Below, piece by piece: positions 41,102-50,507 of a stretch of 64,000 nt of DNA (position 1 is its first letter; every line of letters begins with the position of its first letter). Source of the stretch: Erythrobacter sp. (GTDB lineage: Bacteria; Pseudomonadota; Alphaproteobacteria; Sphingomonadales; Sphingomonadaceae); NCBI RefSeq assembly GCF_024305245.1, contig NZ_JAMWYX010000004.1:192616-256615 (forward strand), read 5' to 3'. Both the position numbers and the translations under genes were made by a program. The notes beneath the pieces were generated by a model. The model saw nothing but the letters and a program-made list of their open reading frames with translations, did no database searches and was not told the origin of the DNA.

Positions 41102-43456
41102 ATGACCACCGCATCCCCCGTGCGGAGCCGGTTCCGGCTCGGCAAAATCGCACTCATGCTCGGCACCGCCGCGCTGACCCCGTTCGCCGCAAACGCTCAG
41201 GACGCCGAAGACGAAGCGCCGCAAGAAGCGCGCGCCAGTTCGCTCGACACCATGAACGAAATCCTCGTCACCGGCACCAAGACCCGTGACCCGGAAAACG
41301 TGCAGGATGTGCCGCTGGCCATCACCGCGTTCAATTCCGATACGCTGGAAGCTTACAAGATCCGCGATATCTCGGGCCTTTCGTTCCAGGCGCCGACTGT
41401 CAGCCTCGATCAGGTCGGCACCAGCCGCGGCACCGCCAACTTCACCATTCGCGGCCTCGGCATCAACTCCTCGATCCCCTCGATCGACCCGACCGTCGGC
41501 GTGTTTGTCGACGGCGTCTATCTCGGCATCAACGGCGGCGTGGTGTTCGACCTTTTCGACCTCGAAAGCGTTGAAATCCTGCGCGGCCCGCAGGGCGTGC
41601 TGTTCGGCCGCAACGTCACCGGCGGCGCGGTCGTGATCAACACCGGCAACCCGACCGAAGATTTCCGCGGCAAGTTCCGCGCGGCAGTCGATGGCCCGGC
41701 GCTCGACGGCGGTCGCGGCGGCCCCAACTACACCGCCAGCGGTGTGATCAGCGGCCCGATCATCGAAGACACGCTGCTGTTCAAGGTCGGCGCGTACTAC
41801 AACAAGGACGAAGGTTATTTCCGCAACCTCGCTGCCGACACCATTCCGGGTCTGCGCGAGAACCACGGCCGTGCCGACACCAAGATCCTGCGCGGCGCAT
41901 TGGAAGCGCGGCTCGGCGATCTGACCCTGACCGGTAAGCTCGACTACTTCGAAAGCGAAGGCGACGGCCCCTCGGCCCAGAACCGCGCGTTCTTCGACCG
42001 CAACAGCTTCGACCTCGCGATCGACAATCCCGGTGGATACGACAACAAGATCTGGACCGGCTCGCTCACTGCCGAGTGGGACATCGGCCCCGGCACGCTG
42101 ACCAACGTGTTCGGCTGGCGCGATTACGACTCCACCACCGATGGCGACATCGACGCGACCCCGCTGTTCCTGTTCCACTCGAACACCGAGACCCAGCAGG
42201 AGCAGTTCTCGAACGAACTGCGCTATGCGATGTCGTTCGATCGGCTCGATCTGACCGTGGGCGGTTTCTGGTTCGAACAGGACCTCGCCTATACCGAGAC
42301 CCGCGAACTTCGCCGCGACCTTCCCCCTGCCTTCCAGCCGCCGGTGTTCTACGGCGGCGGTCAGCAGAACCACGAAGTGATCGGCGTGTTCGCCAACGCC
42401 CAGTACGAGGTGGTGGACAACCTTTCGATCATCGCCGGTATCCGCTGGAATCAGGAAACCAAGGACGCTGCAGTCACCTATGTCCGGCCGCGCCCGGAAT
42501 GTTCGGTGGTGCAGGGCACTTGCCCGACATCCGGCACCAACCCCTTCGTTCCGACCGAAGGCAACGGCTTCACCGATCGCGTGCGGTTCCGCAATGTCTC
42601 GCCCAAGGTGGGTCTGCAGTATGAATTCGCAGACAGCCAGATCTACGGCCACTGGAGCCGCGGCTTCCGTTCGGGCGGGTACAACTTCCGCATCACCGAC
42701 GTGGCGGTCTTCAACCGTGCGCTCGCGGCGACCGGTAATCTGTTCTTCGACGAGGAAAAGGTCGATAACTACGAAATCGGCGGCAAATTCCAGACGGCTG
42801 ATCGTTCCTTCACGCTCAATGCTGCGGCTTACCTTACCCAGGTCGGCAACATGCAGCGCGAAGTGAACCTGGCCGATCCGGGCGCAGGCGTGGTGCAGAA
42901 CATCCTCAACACCGCCGATGCCACCATTCTGGGCTTCGAAGCCGAAGCGCGGATGCGGGTATCGGAAGCACTGGTGTTCACAGCCAATATCGGGATCACC
43001 GACGCCGAGTATGACGAAGTCATCTTCGACATTTCCGGCGACGGGATGATCGACGACGCCGATCTGGCGCTGAGCCTGCCGCGCGTTCCCCCGATCACGG
43101 TGGGCATGGGCCTGATCCACGAATGGGATCTGGGCAGCAGCAACATCCTCACACGCGTCAACTATCAGTACCGCGACGAGGCAGCCTATACCGATGACAA
43201 CCTCGGCTGGCTGAATGCGCTCAGCAACCTTGAAGCCAACATCACCTGGAACACCCCGGTCGATGGGCTTGCGCTGTCGATCTACGGCCGCAACCTGCTC
43301 GACGAAGTGCAGGAAGGTGGCGATACGCAGGTTCCGTTCGGCGGTCCGAACTCGACCGGCGTGCGTCAGCCCTTCGCGCCGAACCCGACCGCGGGCACGT
43401 TCTCGCCGCTGATGCGCGGCCGGAACATCGGCGTCGAGGCGCTGTTCGAGTTCTGA
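41102..43456 (+). CDS. TonB-dependent receptor 1
   Basis: Signal peptide, EILVTG TonB-box region, QDVPLAIT plug, VEILRGPQG, terminal LFEF. Confidence 0.95.
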   Translation: MTTASPVRSRFRLGKIALMLGTAALTPFAANAQDAEDEAPQEARASSLDTMNEILVTGTKTRDPENVQDVPLAITAFNSDTLEAYKIRDISGLSFQAPTVSLDQVGTSRGTANFTIRGLGINSSIPSIDPTVGVFVDGVYLGINGGVVFDLFDLESVEILRGPQGVLFGRNVTGGAVVINTGNPTEDFRGKFRAAVDGPALDGGRGGPNYTASGVISGPIIEDTLLFKVGAYYNKDEGYFRNLAADTIPGLRENHGRADTKILRGALEARLGDLTLTGKLDYFESEGDGPSAQNRAFFDRNSFDLAIDNPGGYDNKIWTGSLTAEWDIGPGTLTNVFGWRDYDSTTDGDIDATPLFLFHSNTETQQEQFSNELRYAMSFDRLDLTVGGFWFEQDLAYTETRELRRDLPPAFQPPVFYGGGQQNHEVIGVFANAQYEVVDNLSIIAGIRWNQETKDAAVTYVRPRPECSVVQGTCPTSGTNPFVPTEGNGFTDRVRFRNVSPKVGLQYEFADSQIYGHWSRGFRSGGYNFRITDVAVFNRALAATGNLFFDEEKVDNYEIGGKFQTADRSFTLNAAAYLTQVGNMQREVNLADPGAGVVQNILNTADATILGFEAEARMRVSEALVFTANIGITDAEYDEVIFDISGDGMIDDADLALSLPRVPPITVGMGLIHEWDLGSSNILTRVNYQYRDEAAYTDDNLGWLNALSNLEANITWNTPVDGLALSIYGRNLLDEVQEGGDTQVPFGGPNSTGVRQPFAPNPTAGTFSPLMRGRNIGVEALFEF

Positions 43457-43459
43457 TTT

Positions 43460-43556
43460 TCGCACCCCCTCACGGGGGTGCGATTTCCTCGCTCACGCGA
43501 CCTGAAGGTCGCGTCGCTGCGGGCGGCCGGTCGGCCTTGCGGTCGCTTTGCGACCG
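43460..43556. repeat. Cluster of short perfect hairpins (REP-like composite repeat)
   Basis: TCGCACCCCC/GGGGGTGCGA (43460-43483), CGCGACC/GGTCGCG (43496-43513), CGGTCGC/GCGACCG (43540-43556). Confidence 0.7.
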
Positions 43557-43576
43557 ATGCTCGCCGCGAAAGATCA

Positions 43577-43606
43577 GGGGCGCTCCGGCAACGGGGCGCC
43601 CTTTTT
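43577..43606 (+). terminator. Rho-independent terminator after TonB receptor 1
   Basis: GGGGCGCTCC-GGCAAC-GGGGCGCCC followed by TTTTT. Confidence 0.75.
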
Positions 43607-43609
43607 CGT

Positions 43610-44089
43610 TTAGCTTTCGGCGGTCGCCAGCAGGAGCGCAATGGCGCCATCGTCAAAGGCGACGAACGCCCATTCGATGCTTGCCGTGGTGATCGGGTTC
43701 CAGCCGAAATACATCCGGTTGGTGACGATCTGCCGTGTGCCGGGATCGAAACATCCCAGAAATTCCTCGCCCATCGCCAGCGCGTCATCCTCGCCCAGCC
43801 AGGGCTGTTGCGCGATCACCATGTTGCGGGCGAAGGCTTCGACCAATGCGGCGCGGGCGGAGCGCGGGCCTTCCATGCCCGCCTCGGCATCGAGCAGTTC
43901 CCAGTTTCCGCCGATCGGCGTCAGGCCAAGGCTGGTGACGAAGGCGTCGGCGCAGGCGGCATGCAGCCCCGGCGAGATCGCGAGCGCGTCTGCCGCGATC
44001 CGCACCGTGGCTCCATCGGCGTTCAGGCGCAGGTGCCATCTCGCGTGAAAGGCGTCGAGCCGGGCGAGCGTGTCGCTCACCCCCTCCAT
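43610..44089 (-). CDS. Hypothetical protein translationally coupled to yggS
   Basis: The ATG shares a base with the yggS TGA (TGATG). Ends WNPITTASIEWAFVAFD... Confidence 0.7.
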   Translation of the reverse strand: MEGVSDTLARLDAFHARWHLRLNADGATVRIAADALAISPGLHAACADAFVTSLGLTPIGGNWELLDAEAGMEGPRSARAALVEAFARNMVIAQQPWLGEDDALAMGEEFLGCFDPGTRQIVTNRMYFGWNPITTASIEWAFVAFDDGAIALLLATAES

Positions 44090-44751
44090 CAATAGCGTCC
44101 GCCGAACAGCGCCGTGCCGACCCGCACATGGGTTGCGCCCAGCATTACCGCGGTCTCGTAATCGCCGCTCATTCCCATGCTGAGTCCGGTCAGCCCGTGA
44201 TCGGCCGCCAGCTTTGCCAGCAACGCGAAGAACGGCGCGGCTTCGGTATCTGCGGGCGGAATGCACATCAGCCCGGCGAGCGGGATATCGGCGGCGCGCA
44301 CCCGATCGAGAAATCCCGGCAGGTCGGCCAGCGCGCAGCCGCCCTTCTGGTCCTCGTCGCCGATATTGACCTGCACGAAGCACGGCACCCGCCGCCCAGC
44401 CTTGTCCATTGCTTTGGCCAGAGCTTTCAGCAGGCTGGGCCGGTCGAGCGAATGGATCACGTCGAACAGCGCCACCGCTTCGTCCGCCTTGTTCGATTGC
44501 AACTGGCCGATCAGGTGAAGCTCGATATCGGGATATTGGGCGCGCAGATCAGGCCACTTGCCAGCTGCCTCCTGCACGCGGTTCTCGCCGAACACCCGCT
44601 GGCCTGCCCCGATCAGCGGCAGGATCGCCTCGGGCCCATGCGTCTTGCTGACCGCGATCAGCGTGACATCGGCGGGCTCGCGCCGCGCAGGCTTGCACAC
44701 GCGGGCGATATTGCCGCGGACGGCTTCGAGGCGGGAGGCTGTATTATCCAT
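44089..44751 (-). CDS. yggS: YggS/PLPBP PLP-binding protein
   Basis: LIAVSKT, FGENRVQE, HLIGQLQSNK, GLMCIP, LSMGMSGD, GATHVRVGTALFG. Confidence 0.97.
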   Translation of the reverse strand: MDNTASRLEAVRGNIARVCKPARREPADVTLIAVSKTHGPEAILPLIGAGQRVFGENRVQEAAGKWPDLRAQYPDIELHLIGQLQSNKADEAVALFDVIHSLDRPSLLKALAKAMDKAGRRVPCFVQVNIGDEDQKGGCALADLPGFLDRVRAADIPLAGLMCIPPADTEAAPFFALLAKLAADHGLTGLSMGMSGDYETAVMLGATHVRVGTALFGGRY

Positions 44752-44773
44752 ACAGCGGCGCTATAGCGCGGGC

Positions 44774-45304
44774 ATGGCGCAAGACCAGTCCGTACCCGAC
44801 ATCTGGCTGCTTTCGGATGCACGCAACGATGCGGTGCTCGAACAGGCCATCGGGCGGCTGCCACCACAGTCGGGCTTTGTTTTCAGGCACTATCACCTGA
44901 CCGCTGAGGCTCGCGCGGCCCGCTTCGCGCAGCTTCTGCCCATGCTGCGAAGCGCCGGACACTGGGCGATCCTCTCGGGCAGTGTCACGATGGCCGAAGC
45001 ATGGGGGGCAGACGGGGTCTATGGCGTTTTGCACGCCGCCGCACCTGCCGGGCTGCGCTGGATCGCCACCGCGCATGATGCCGCCGAAATCGCCGATGCG
45101 AACAGATTGGGGGCGAGCGCCGTCATGCTGTCACCAGTGTTCCCGACCCGCTCGCATCCGGACGGCGACACCCTCGGGATCGACCGCTTCCGCGAACTCG
45201 CGGCGCTGTCCCGCGTTCCGGTTATCGCGCTTGGCGGCATGACGGCAGAGCGTGCCGAATCCCTCGATTGGCGGCGCTGGGCCGCGATCGACGGGCTGAG
45301 TTAG
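44774..45304 (+). CDS. Thiamine-phosphate synthase / TenI-like short TIM-barrel protein
   Basis: GADGV, TAHDAAEI, LSPVFPTRSHP, VIALGG. Confidence 0.8.
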   Translation: MAQDQSVPDIWLLSDARNDAVLEQAIGRLPPQSGFVFRHYHLTAEARAARFAQLLPMLRSAGHWAILSGSVTMAEAWGADGVYGVLHAAAPAGLRWIATAHDAAEIADANRLGASAVMLSPVFPTRSHPDGDTLGIDRFRELAALSRVPVIALGGMTAERAESLDWRRWAAIDGLS

Positions 45305-45382
45305 CGCAAACGCCCCGTCGCACACGGCTTGACCGGAGTCTCCCGAGGATTCATGATGTGTTCCGCTCAGGAGACCCCCGCC

Positions 45383-47800
45383 ATGGCCAGCCGCGCCGTC
45401 ACGCCCCGTAAAGCTGCCGTTCGCAGCAAGACCGACGCCGAATGGCGCGCAGGGCTACGGCGTTCGCTCCGGCGGCTGGCGCAGATGGTGGGCGCGGGTG
45501 TGCTGCTGGGGGCAACGGTGTTCCTCACGCTGGCGCTGGTGAGCTACACCCAGACCGATCCCAGTCCCTCGACCGCCGCCGATCCCGCTCAAGTCGCCAA
45601 CTGGATGGGCGCTGGCGGCGCGTGGGTAGCGGACCGGGTGCTGCTGATCTTCGGATTGCCCGCTGCACTGCTGCTGCCGCTGCTCTACATTTCCGCGCGC
45701 AAGCTGTGGCGCGATGTGGAGAACGGCGACGAAGCCGAAACGACTCCGTGGTGGGTGCCGACCGGGTTGCTGCTGATCGCGATCACGCTGCTGTCGACCG
45801 TGCTGGCGCTCGCTTTCGAAGGGCCGGGCGGGACGCTTCCGGCGCAGGCCGGGGGGCTTGCCGGTTTGCTCGGCGCAGGCGCGATCGAGGCGGTGGCGGC
45901 ACGTTTCGGTGGAGATGCGCAAGGCTGGGTCATGATCGGCGCGGCGCTGGTCTGCCTTGCCGCCGGGGTGGCGCTGCTCACGCGGATTTTCGCTATCGAT
46001 TGGCGCGTGTTGCTGAGCCTGCCCGAATTTCTCGGCGGAGGCACGCTTGCCGGGCTGATGCGCCGCTTGCCGCTCATGGGCCGCGAATCCGCGCCCGCGC
46101 TGACCTTCGCCGGTGACGAGGATGACGACGACGACGCGGCACCGGCCCGCCCGCGCCGCGCCGCCAAGGGGGATGCCGCTACGCCGCCAAGCGCCGAACC
46201 GCCGCGCCGCGCGCCCGAGATCAGCGATCCTTCCGCACCGCCCAAGCGCGCGCTGCCGACCAAGACCGCGCAGAAGGACATGTTCGCCGCCTTCAATCTG
46301 CCCAGCCTCGACCTTTTGGCCGAACCGCCGGTCGACAAGGCGCCCAAGCTCGACAGAATGGCGCTGGAACGCAACGCCCGCCTGCTGGAAAACGTGCTCG
46401 ACGATTTCAACGTGAAGGGTGAAATCACCGCCGTGCGCACCGGCCCGGTGGTGACGATGTACGAACTCGAACCCGCGCCCGGCATCAAGGCCAGCCGTGT
46501 GGTCGGCCTTGCCGAAGACATCGCCCGCAACATGAGCGCGATTTCCGCGCGCGTCTCCCCGATTCCGGGCCGCACCGTGATGGGGATCGAATTGCCCAAT
46601 CAGGATCGCCAGGTGGTGATGCTGAAAGAACTGGCTGCCTGCGCCGATTTCGCCGATGCCAAGGGCAACCTGCCGATCATTCTGGGCAAGGATATCGCGG
46701 GTGAGCCGATCATCGCCGATCTGGCCGCGATGCCGCACTTGCTGGTCGCGGGCACCACCGGATCGGGCAAGTCGGTCGGGCTGAACGTGATCCTGCTTTC
46801 GCTGCTGTACCGCTTCACGCCAACCGAACTGCGCCTGATCCTGATCGATCCCAAGGTGCTCGAACTCAAGACCTATGACGATATCCCGCACCTGCTGTCG
46901 CCGGTGGTGACCGAGCCGCACAAATCGGTGCGCGCGCTGAAATGGGCGGTCGAGGAGATGGAGCGGCGCTATCGGATGATGAGTGCGGTCAGCAGCCGCA
47001 ACATCCATTCCTTCAACGAAAAGGTCAGCGCCGCGATTGCCAAGGGCAAGCCGCTGGGCCGCCGGGTGCAGACCGGGTTCGATCCCGAAACCGGCGAGCA
47101 GTTGTTCGAGGAAGAGCAGCTCGATTACCAGCCGCTGCCGCAGATCGTCCTGATCGTCGACGAACTCGCCGACCTGATGGTCACCATCGGCAAGGAAATC
47201 GAAGTGCTGATCCAGCGTCTCAGCCAGAAAAGCCGCGCGGCGGGCATCCACCTGATCATGGCGACGCAGCGCCCCTCGGTCGATGTCATCACCGGCGTCA
47301 TCAAGGCCAACCTGCCGACCCGCATCAGCTTCAAGGTCACCAGCCGGATCGACAGCCGCACCATTCTCGGCGAACAGGGGGCGGAGCAGCTGCTGGGCAA
47401 GGGCGATATGCTCTACAAACCCAACACCGGCGCGATGGTGCGCGTCCACGGACCGTTCGTCAGCGACGAGGAAGTCGAAGCCGTCGCCGATTTCTGGCGC
47501 TCGCAAGGCGCGCCCGAATATGTCGATGCGGTCACCGAGGAACCCGAGGATGGCGGCTTCGGCTTCGAGGACGACATGACCGCGTCCGACAACCCCGAAG
47601 AACGCAAATACCGGCAGGCGTGTCAGGTGGTGATCGAAAACCAGAAGGCGTCCGGCAGCTGGCTTCAGCGCCAGATGGGCGTCGGCTACAACACTGCGGC
47701 CAAATGGATCGAGCGGATGGAGGAAGACGGCCTCGTCGGCCCCGCCAACCACGTCGGCCGCCGCGAGATCTACCGCGACCGGGACGGAAACCCGCTTTGA
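45383..47800 (+). CDS. ftsK: DNA translocase FtsK
   Basis: N-terminal 4TM, GPVVTMYEL, PHLLVAGTTGSGKS, DELADLM, ATQRPSVDVITG, C-terminal gamma domain. Confidence 0.97.
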   Translation: MASRAVTPRKAAVRSKTDAEWRAGLRRSLRRLAQMVGAGVLLGATVFLTLALVSYTQTDPSPSTAADPAQVANWMGAGGAWVADRVLLIFGLPAALLLPLLYISARKLWRDVENGDEAETTPWWVPTGLLLIAITLLSTVLALAFEGPGGTLPAQAGGLAGLLGAGAIEAVAARFGGDAQGWVMIGAALVCLAAGVALLTRIFAIDWRVLLSLPEFLGGGTLAGLMRRLPLMGRESAPALTFAGDEDDDDDAAPARPRRAAKGDAATPPSAEPPRRAPEISDPSAPPKRALPTKTAQKDMFAAFNLPSLDLLAEPPVDKAPKLDRMALERNARLLENVLDDFNVKGEITAVRTGPVVTMYELEPAPGIKASRVVGLAEDIARNMSAISARVSPIPGRTVMGIELPNQDRQVVMLKELAACADFADAKGNLPIILGKDIAGEPIIADLAAMPHLLVAGTTGSGKSVGLNVILLSLLYRFTPTELRLILIDPKVLELKTYDDIPHLLSPVVTEPHKSVRALKWAVEEMERRYRMMSAVSSRNIHSFNEKVSAAIAKGKPLGRRVQTGFDPETGEQLFEEEQLDYQPLPQIVLIVDELADLMVTIGKEIEVLIQRLSQKSRAAGIHLIMATQRPSVDVITGVIKANLPTRISFKVTSRIDSRTILGEQGAEQLLGKGDMLYKPNTGAMVRVHGPFVSDEEVEAVADFWRSQGAPEYVDAVTEEPEDGGFGFEDDMTASDNPEERKYRQACQVVIENQKASGSWLQRQMGVGYNTAAKWIERMEEDGLVGPANHVGRREIYRDRDGNPL

Positions 47801-47885
47801 TATTTTCGCGCTGACGCGCGGGGCGGGTGGTCCGCGCCAGCAAAGGAGGCCGCCAGCAAAGATGCATTTTGGCAACGTCTCGAAA

Positions 47886-47940
47886 CTGTAAATCCGGCGT
47901 AACGCTCCCGTCACTCCACCGTCGTCGCAGCGTCACCATC
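47886..47940 (+). promoter_or_regulatory. Five tandem 11-bp Pho-box-like half-sites
   Basis: CTGTAAATCCG / GCGTAACGCTC / CCGTCACTCCA / CCGTCGTCGCA / GCGTCACCATC, in exact 11-bp phase and ending 46 nt before the TBDR ATG. Confidence 0.6.
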
Positions 47941-47986
47941 GACTGCCACGGGCAGGGCCTCTCTCCACCAAGAAGGGCCTTCCCGA

Positions 47987-50356
47987 ATGCTCCGCACCCC
48001 GTTCACGCGCGTCTCGCTGATCGCGCTTACCGCTACGCTCGCCGCTGTCCCGCAGGCCGTTTTCGCGCAGGACGCCGAGGCTTCCGAGGCTGACGAGCAG
48101 GCCTCCGGCAACCAGATCATCGTGACCGCGCAGAAGGTCGAACAGCGGCTGCAGGACGTGCCGATCACCATCTCCGCCACGACCGGCGAACGCATTCGCG
48201 ATCTGGGCGTCACCGATCTGGACGAGCTGTCCAGCTACATTCCCGGCCTGCTGATCCAGGAACAGAGCGCCAACAACCCCGGCATCGTCATCCGCGGCAT
48301 CACCTCGGACAGCGGCTCGGCGCAGCAGGGCCCGCGCGTCACGCTCTATTACAACGGCGTCGACATCTCGCGGTCGCGCGGGTCGTATCAGGCGATCTAC
48401 GATCTGGAACGCGTCGAAGTCATCAAGGGCCCGCAGGCGACCCTGTTCGGCACGGCTTCGGCAGTCGGCGCGATCAGCCTCGTCTCGGCCCGCCCGCGCG
48501 AAGGCTTCTCGGCCGAAGTGCGCGGCGGCTACGGCAATTTCGACCAGACGCTGGTGGGCGGCTTCATCAACATCGGTTCCGATGTGATCGCCGCGCGCGT
48601 TGCGGGCGAATGGCGCAGCCGCGACGGGTATGTCGAGAACCTCAGCCCGAACCAGAAAGAAGACCTCTACGCACAGGACCAGCTCGGCGTGCGCGCCTCG
48701 CTGCGTTACACGCCTACCGCCGATTTCACGCTTGATCTGGTCGCCACCTATGATCAGCAGCGCAATGGCGGCACCCCGTTCATCTCGGGCGCTTTTCCCG
48801 CCTTCGCAGGTGCGCCGGGCGGCCCCGCCAATGCCTTCGTCGATGCCAATCTCGGCGGCAACCCGGCGGGCGCGGCGGTGCTCGGCAATGATCAGCTCGG
48901 CCTCAACCGCGAAGTCTACGATTTCAACCTGACCGCCGACTACCAGATCTCCGACGAGTGGAGCTTCACCACCGTCAACGGCTACCGCGAATTCGACAGC
49001 CGCGAGGTGTTCGATGCCGATGGTTCGGCCGCGCCGTTCCTCGAATTCGCCGAAATCGCGGATGGCTGGCAGATCAGCCACGAAGGCCGCTTTGCCTATG
49101 CCGGCGACAGCCTGCGGGCGAGCGCGGGCTGGAACCTGTTCATCGAAGACAGCCTGCAGAACGTGCCCTTCGCGACCGAGGAAGGCACCTACCTTCAGTG
49201 CCTGACCGGGCTGTTCGGCGCGCCGCTGATCCCGGGTATTCCCTGTGTTGCGCCTGATGGGAGCGTTCCGGCATCGGCGGTCACCGGTCTGCTGACGGGC
49301 GGCGCGGTTCAGGCCATCCCCTATGCTTCGGTGTTCGAGAACCAGGGCCGCAACGAGGCCTATTCGGTGTTCGCCGATGCCACCTGGATCCCGATCGATG
49401 CGCTGGAATTGACTGCCGGCGTGCGGGTTCTGCAGGAATATCGCCAGTCGGGCTTCTTTGCCGACATTCCCAACAGCGCGCTGAGCGGTTCGCCGCTGAT
49501 CCCCGGCCAGATCGACACCAACGGCCAAACCTTCACCACCGACGACAGCTTTCAGGCGGTTCTGCCGCGCTTCAACGCGCTGTACCGGATCAGTGACGAC
49601 GTGAACGTCTTCGCCACCGTGTCCAAGGGCCGCCGCTCACCGGTGGTCCAGCTCGGCGCGCGGCGCGATGCGGCGGGCAATGTGGTCCCCAACCGGACCG
49701 ACGTGCCTGAAGAAACCGTGTGGAACTACGAAGGCGGGATCAAGCTCGCGGCTGGACCGGTTTCTGGCTCGCTCGGCGTGTATTATCAGGTCTATGACGG
49801 CTTTCAGGTCAGCGTTGCCGAAGTCGATGCCCAAGGCAACCCGACCGGCGCGTTCGTCACTCAGAGCGCGGGAAGCGCGTCGAACCTCGGGGTCGAAGCC
49901 GAACTGGCTGTCGAGCTTGCCGACTGGTTCCGGGTGTTCGGAAATGTTGGCTATATCGATGGCGGGATCGACGAGGACGGCGCGTTCTCGCCCGCGTTCT
50001 CCGGCGCGCGGTTCCGGCTCCAGCCCGAATGGCAGGCAGCGGGCGGGTTCACTGTCGATTACGAATTCGGCAACGGGATGCGCCTGTTCGCCACGCCGAG
50101 CATAACCCACCGCAGCCGGATTTTCTTCGAAGTGCCCAACAATCCGCTGATCTCGCAAGCAGCGGTAACGCTGGTCAACGCGCGCGGCGGATTGAGCTTT
50201 GCCGATGGCCGGTACGAAATCGCAGGCTTCATCCGCAACGCGACGAACGAGGACTTCCTGCTCGATGCGGGCAACACCGGCGGGGCATTCGGCATTCCGA
50301 CCTTTATTCCGGCAGAACCGCAATTCTACGGGGTCGAAGTCTCGGCGCGCTTCTGA
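47987..50356 (+). CDS. TonB-dependent receptor 2
   Basis: Signal peptide, QIIVTAQ, QDVPITISA, LERVEVIKGPQATLFG, terminal SARF. Confidence 0.95.
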   Translation: MLRTPFTRVSLIALTATLAAVPQAVFAQDAEASEADEQASGNQIIVTAQKVEQRLQDVPITISATTGERIRDLGVTDLDELSSYIPGLLIQEQSANNPGIVIRGITSDSGSAQQGPRVTLYYNGVDISRSRGSYQAIYDLERVEVIKGPQATLFGTASAVGAISLVSARPREGFSAEVRGGYGNFDQTLVGGFINIGSDVIAARVAGEWRSRDGYVENLSPNQKEDLYAQDQLGVRASLRYTPTADFTLDLVATYDQQRNGGTPFISGAFPAFAGAPGGPANAFVDANLGGNPAGAAVLGNDQLGLNREVYDFNLTADYQISDEWSFTTVNGYREFDSREVFDADGSAAPFLEFAEIADGWQISHEGRFAYAGDSLRASAGWNLFIEDSLQNVPFATEEGTYLQCLTGLFGAPLIPGIPCVAPDGSVPASAVTGLLTGGAVQAIPYASVFENQGRNEAYSVFADATWIPIDALELTAGVRVLQEYRQSGFFADIPNSALSGSPLIPGQIDTNGQTFTTDDSFQAVLPRFNALYRISDDVNVFATVSKGRRSPVVQLGARRDAAGNVVPNRTDVPEETVWNYEGGIKLAAGPVSGSLGVYYQVYDGFQVSVAEVDAQGNPTGAFVTQSAGSASNLGVEAELAVELADWFRVFGNVGYIDGGIDEDGAFSPAFSGARFRLQPEWQAAGGFTVDYEFGNGMRLFATPSITHRSRIFFEVPNNPLISQAAVTLVNARGGLSFADGRYEIAGFIRNATNEDFLLDAGNTGGAFGIPTFIPAEPQFYGVEVSARF

Positions 50357-50377
50357 TCCGTTCCGTTAACCATGTCA

Positions 50378-50415
50378 GGGGGCGGGGGGCCGGTTGCGCC
50401 CCTCCGCCCCCCTTC
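50378..50415 (+). terminator. GC-rich hairpin, probable terminator of TBDR 2
   Basis: GGGGGCGGGGGGC / GCCCCTCCGCCCCC with a short TT tail. Confidence 0.55.
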
Positions 50416-50428
50416 GTGTAAACCCCGT

Positions 50429-50503
50429 ATCCATGGTTTATGGATCTGGTTAGGAATTCCTAAACGTTACTACCGTAGCCCTACGTGAATTAACGGGGGC
50501 TAC
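50429..50503. promoter_or_regulatory. Palindrome cluster upstream of the beta-barrel operon
   Basis: ATCCAT-N5-ATGGAT (50429-50445), perfect TTAGGAATTCCTAA (50450-50463), and GTAGCCC/GGGCTAC (50475-50503) covering the RBS. Confidence 0.5.
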
Positions 50504-50507
50504 TGCC

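Noticed and set aside
44752-44773. TPP riboswitch ahead of the thiE-like gene
   Set aside because: Only 22 nt separate it from the divergent yggS, and no CTGAGA-type aptamer core is present.
50366-50373. CtrA half-site TTAACCAT
   Set aside because: It lies between the TBDR 2 stop and its terminator hairpin with no partner half-site, so it is probably chance.
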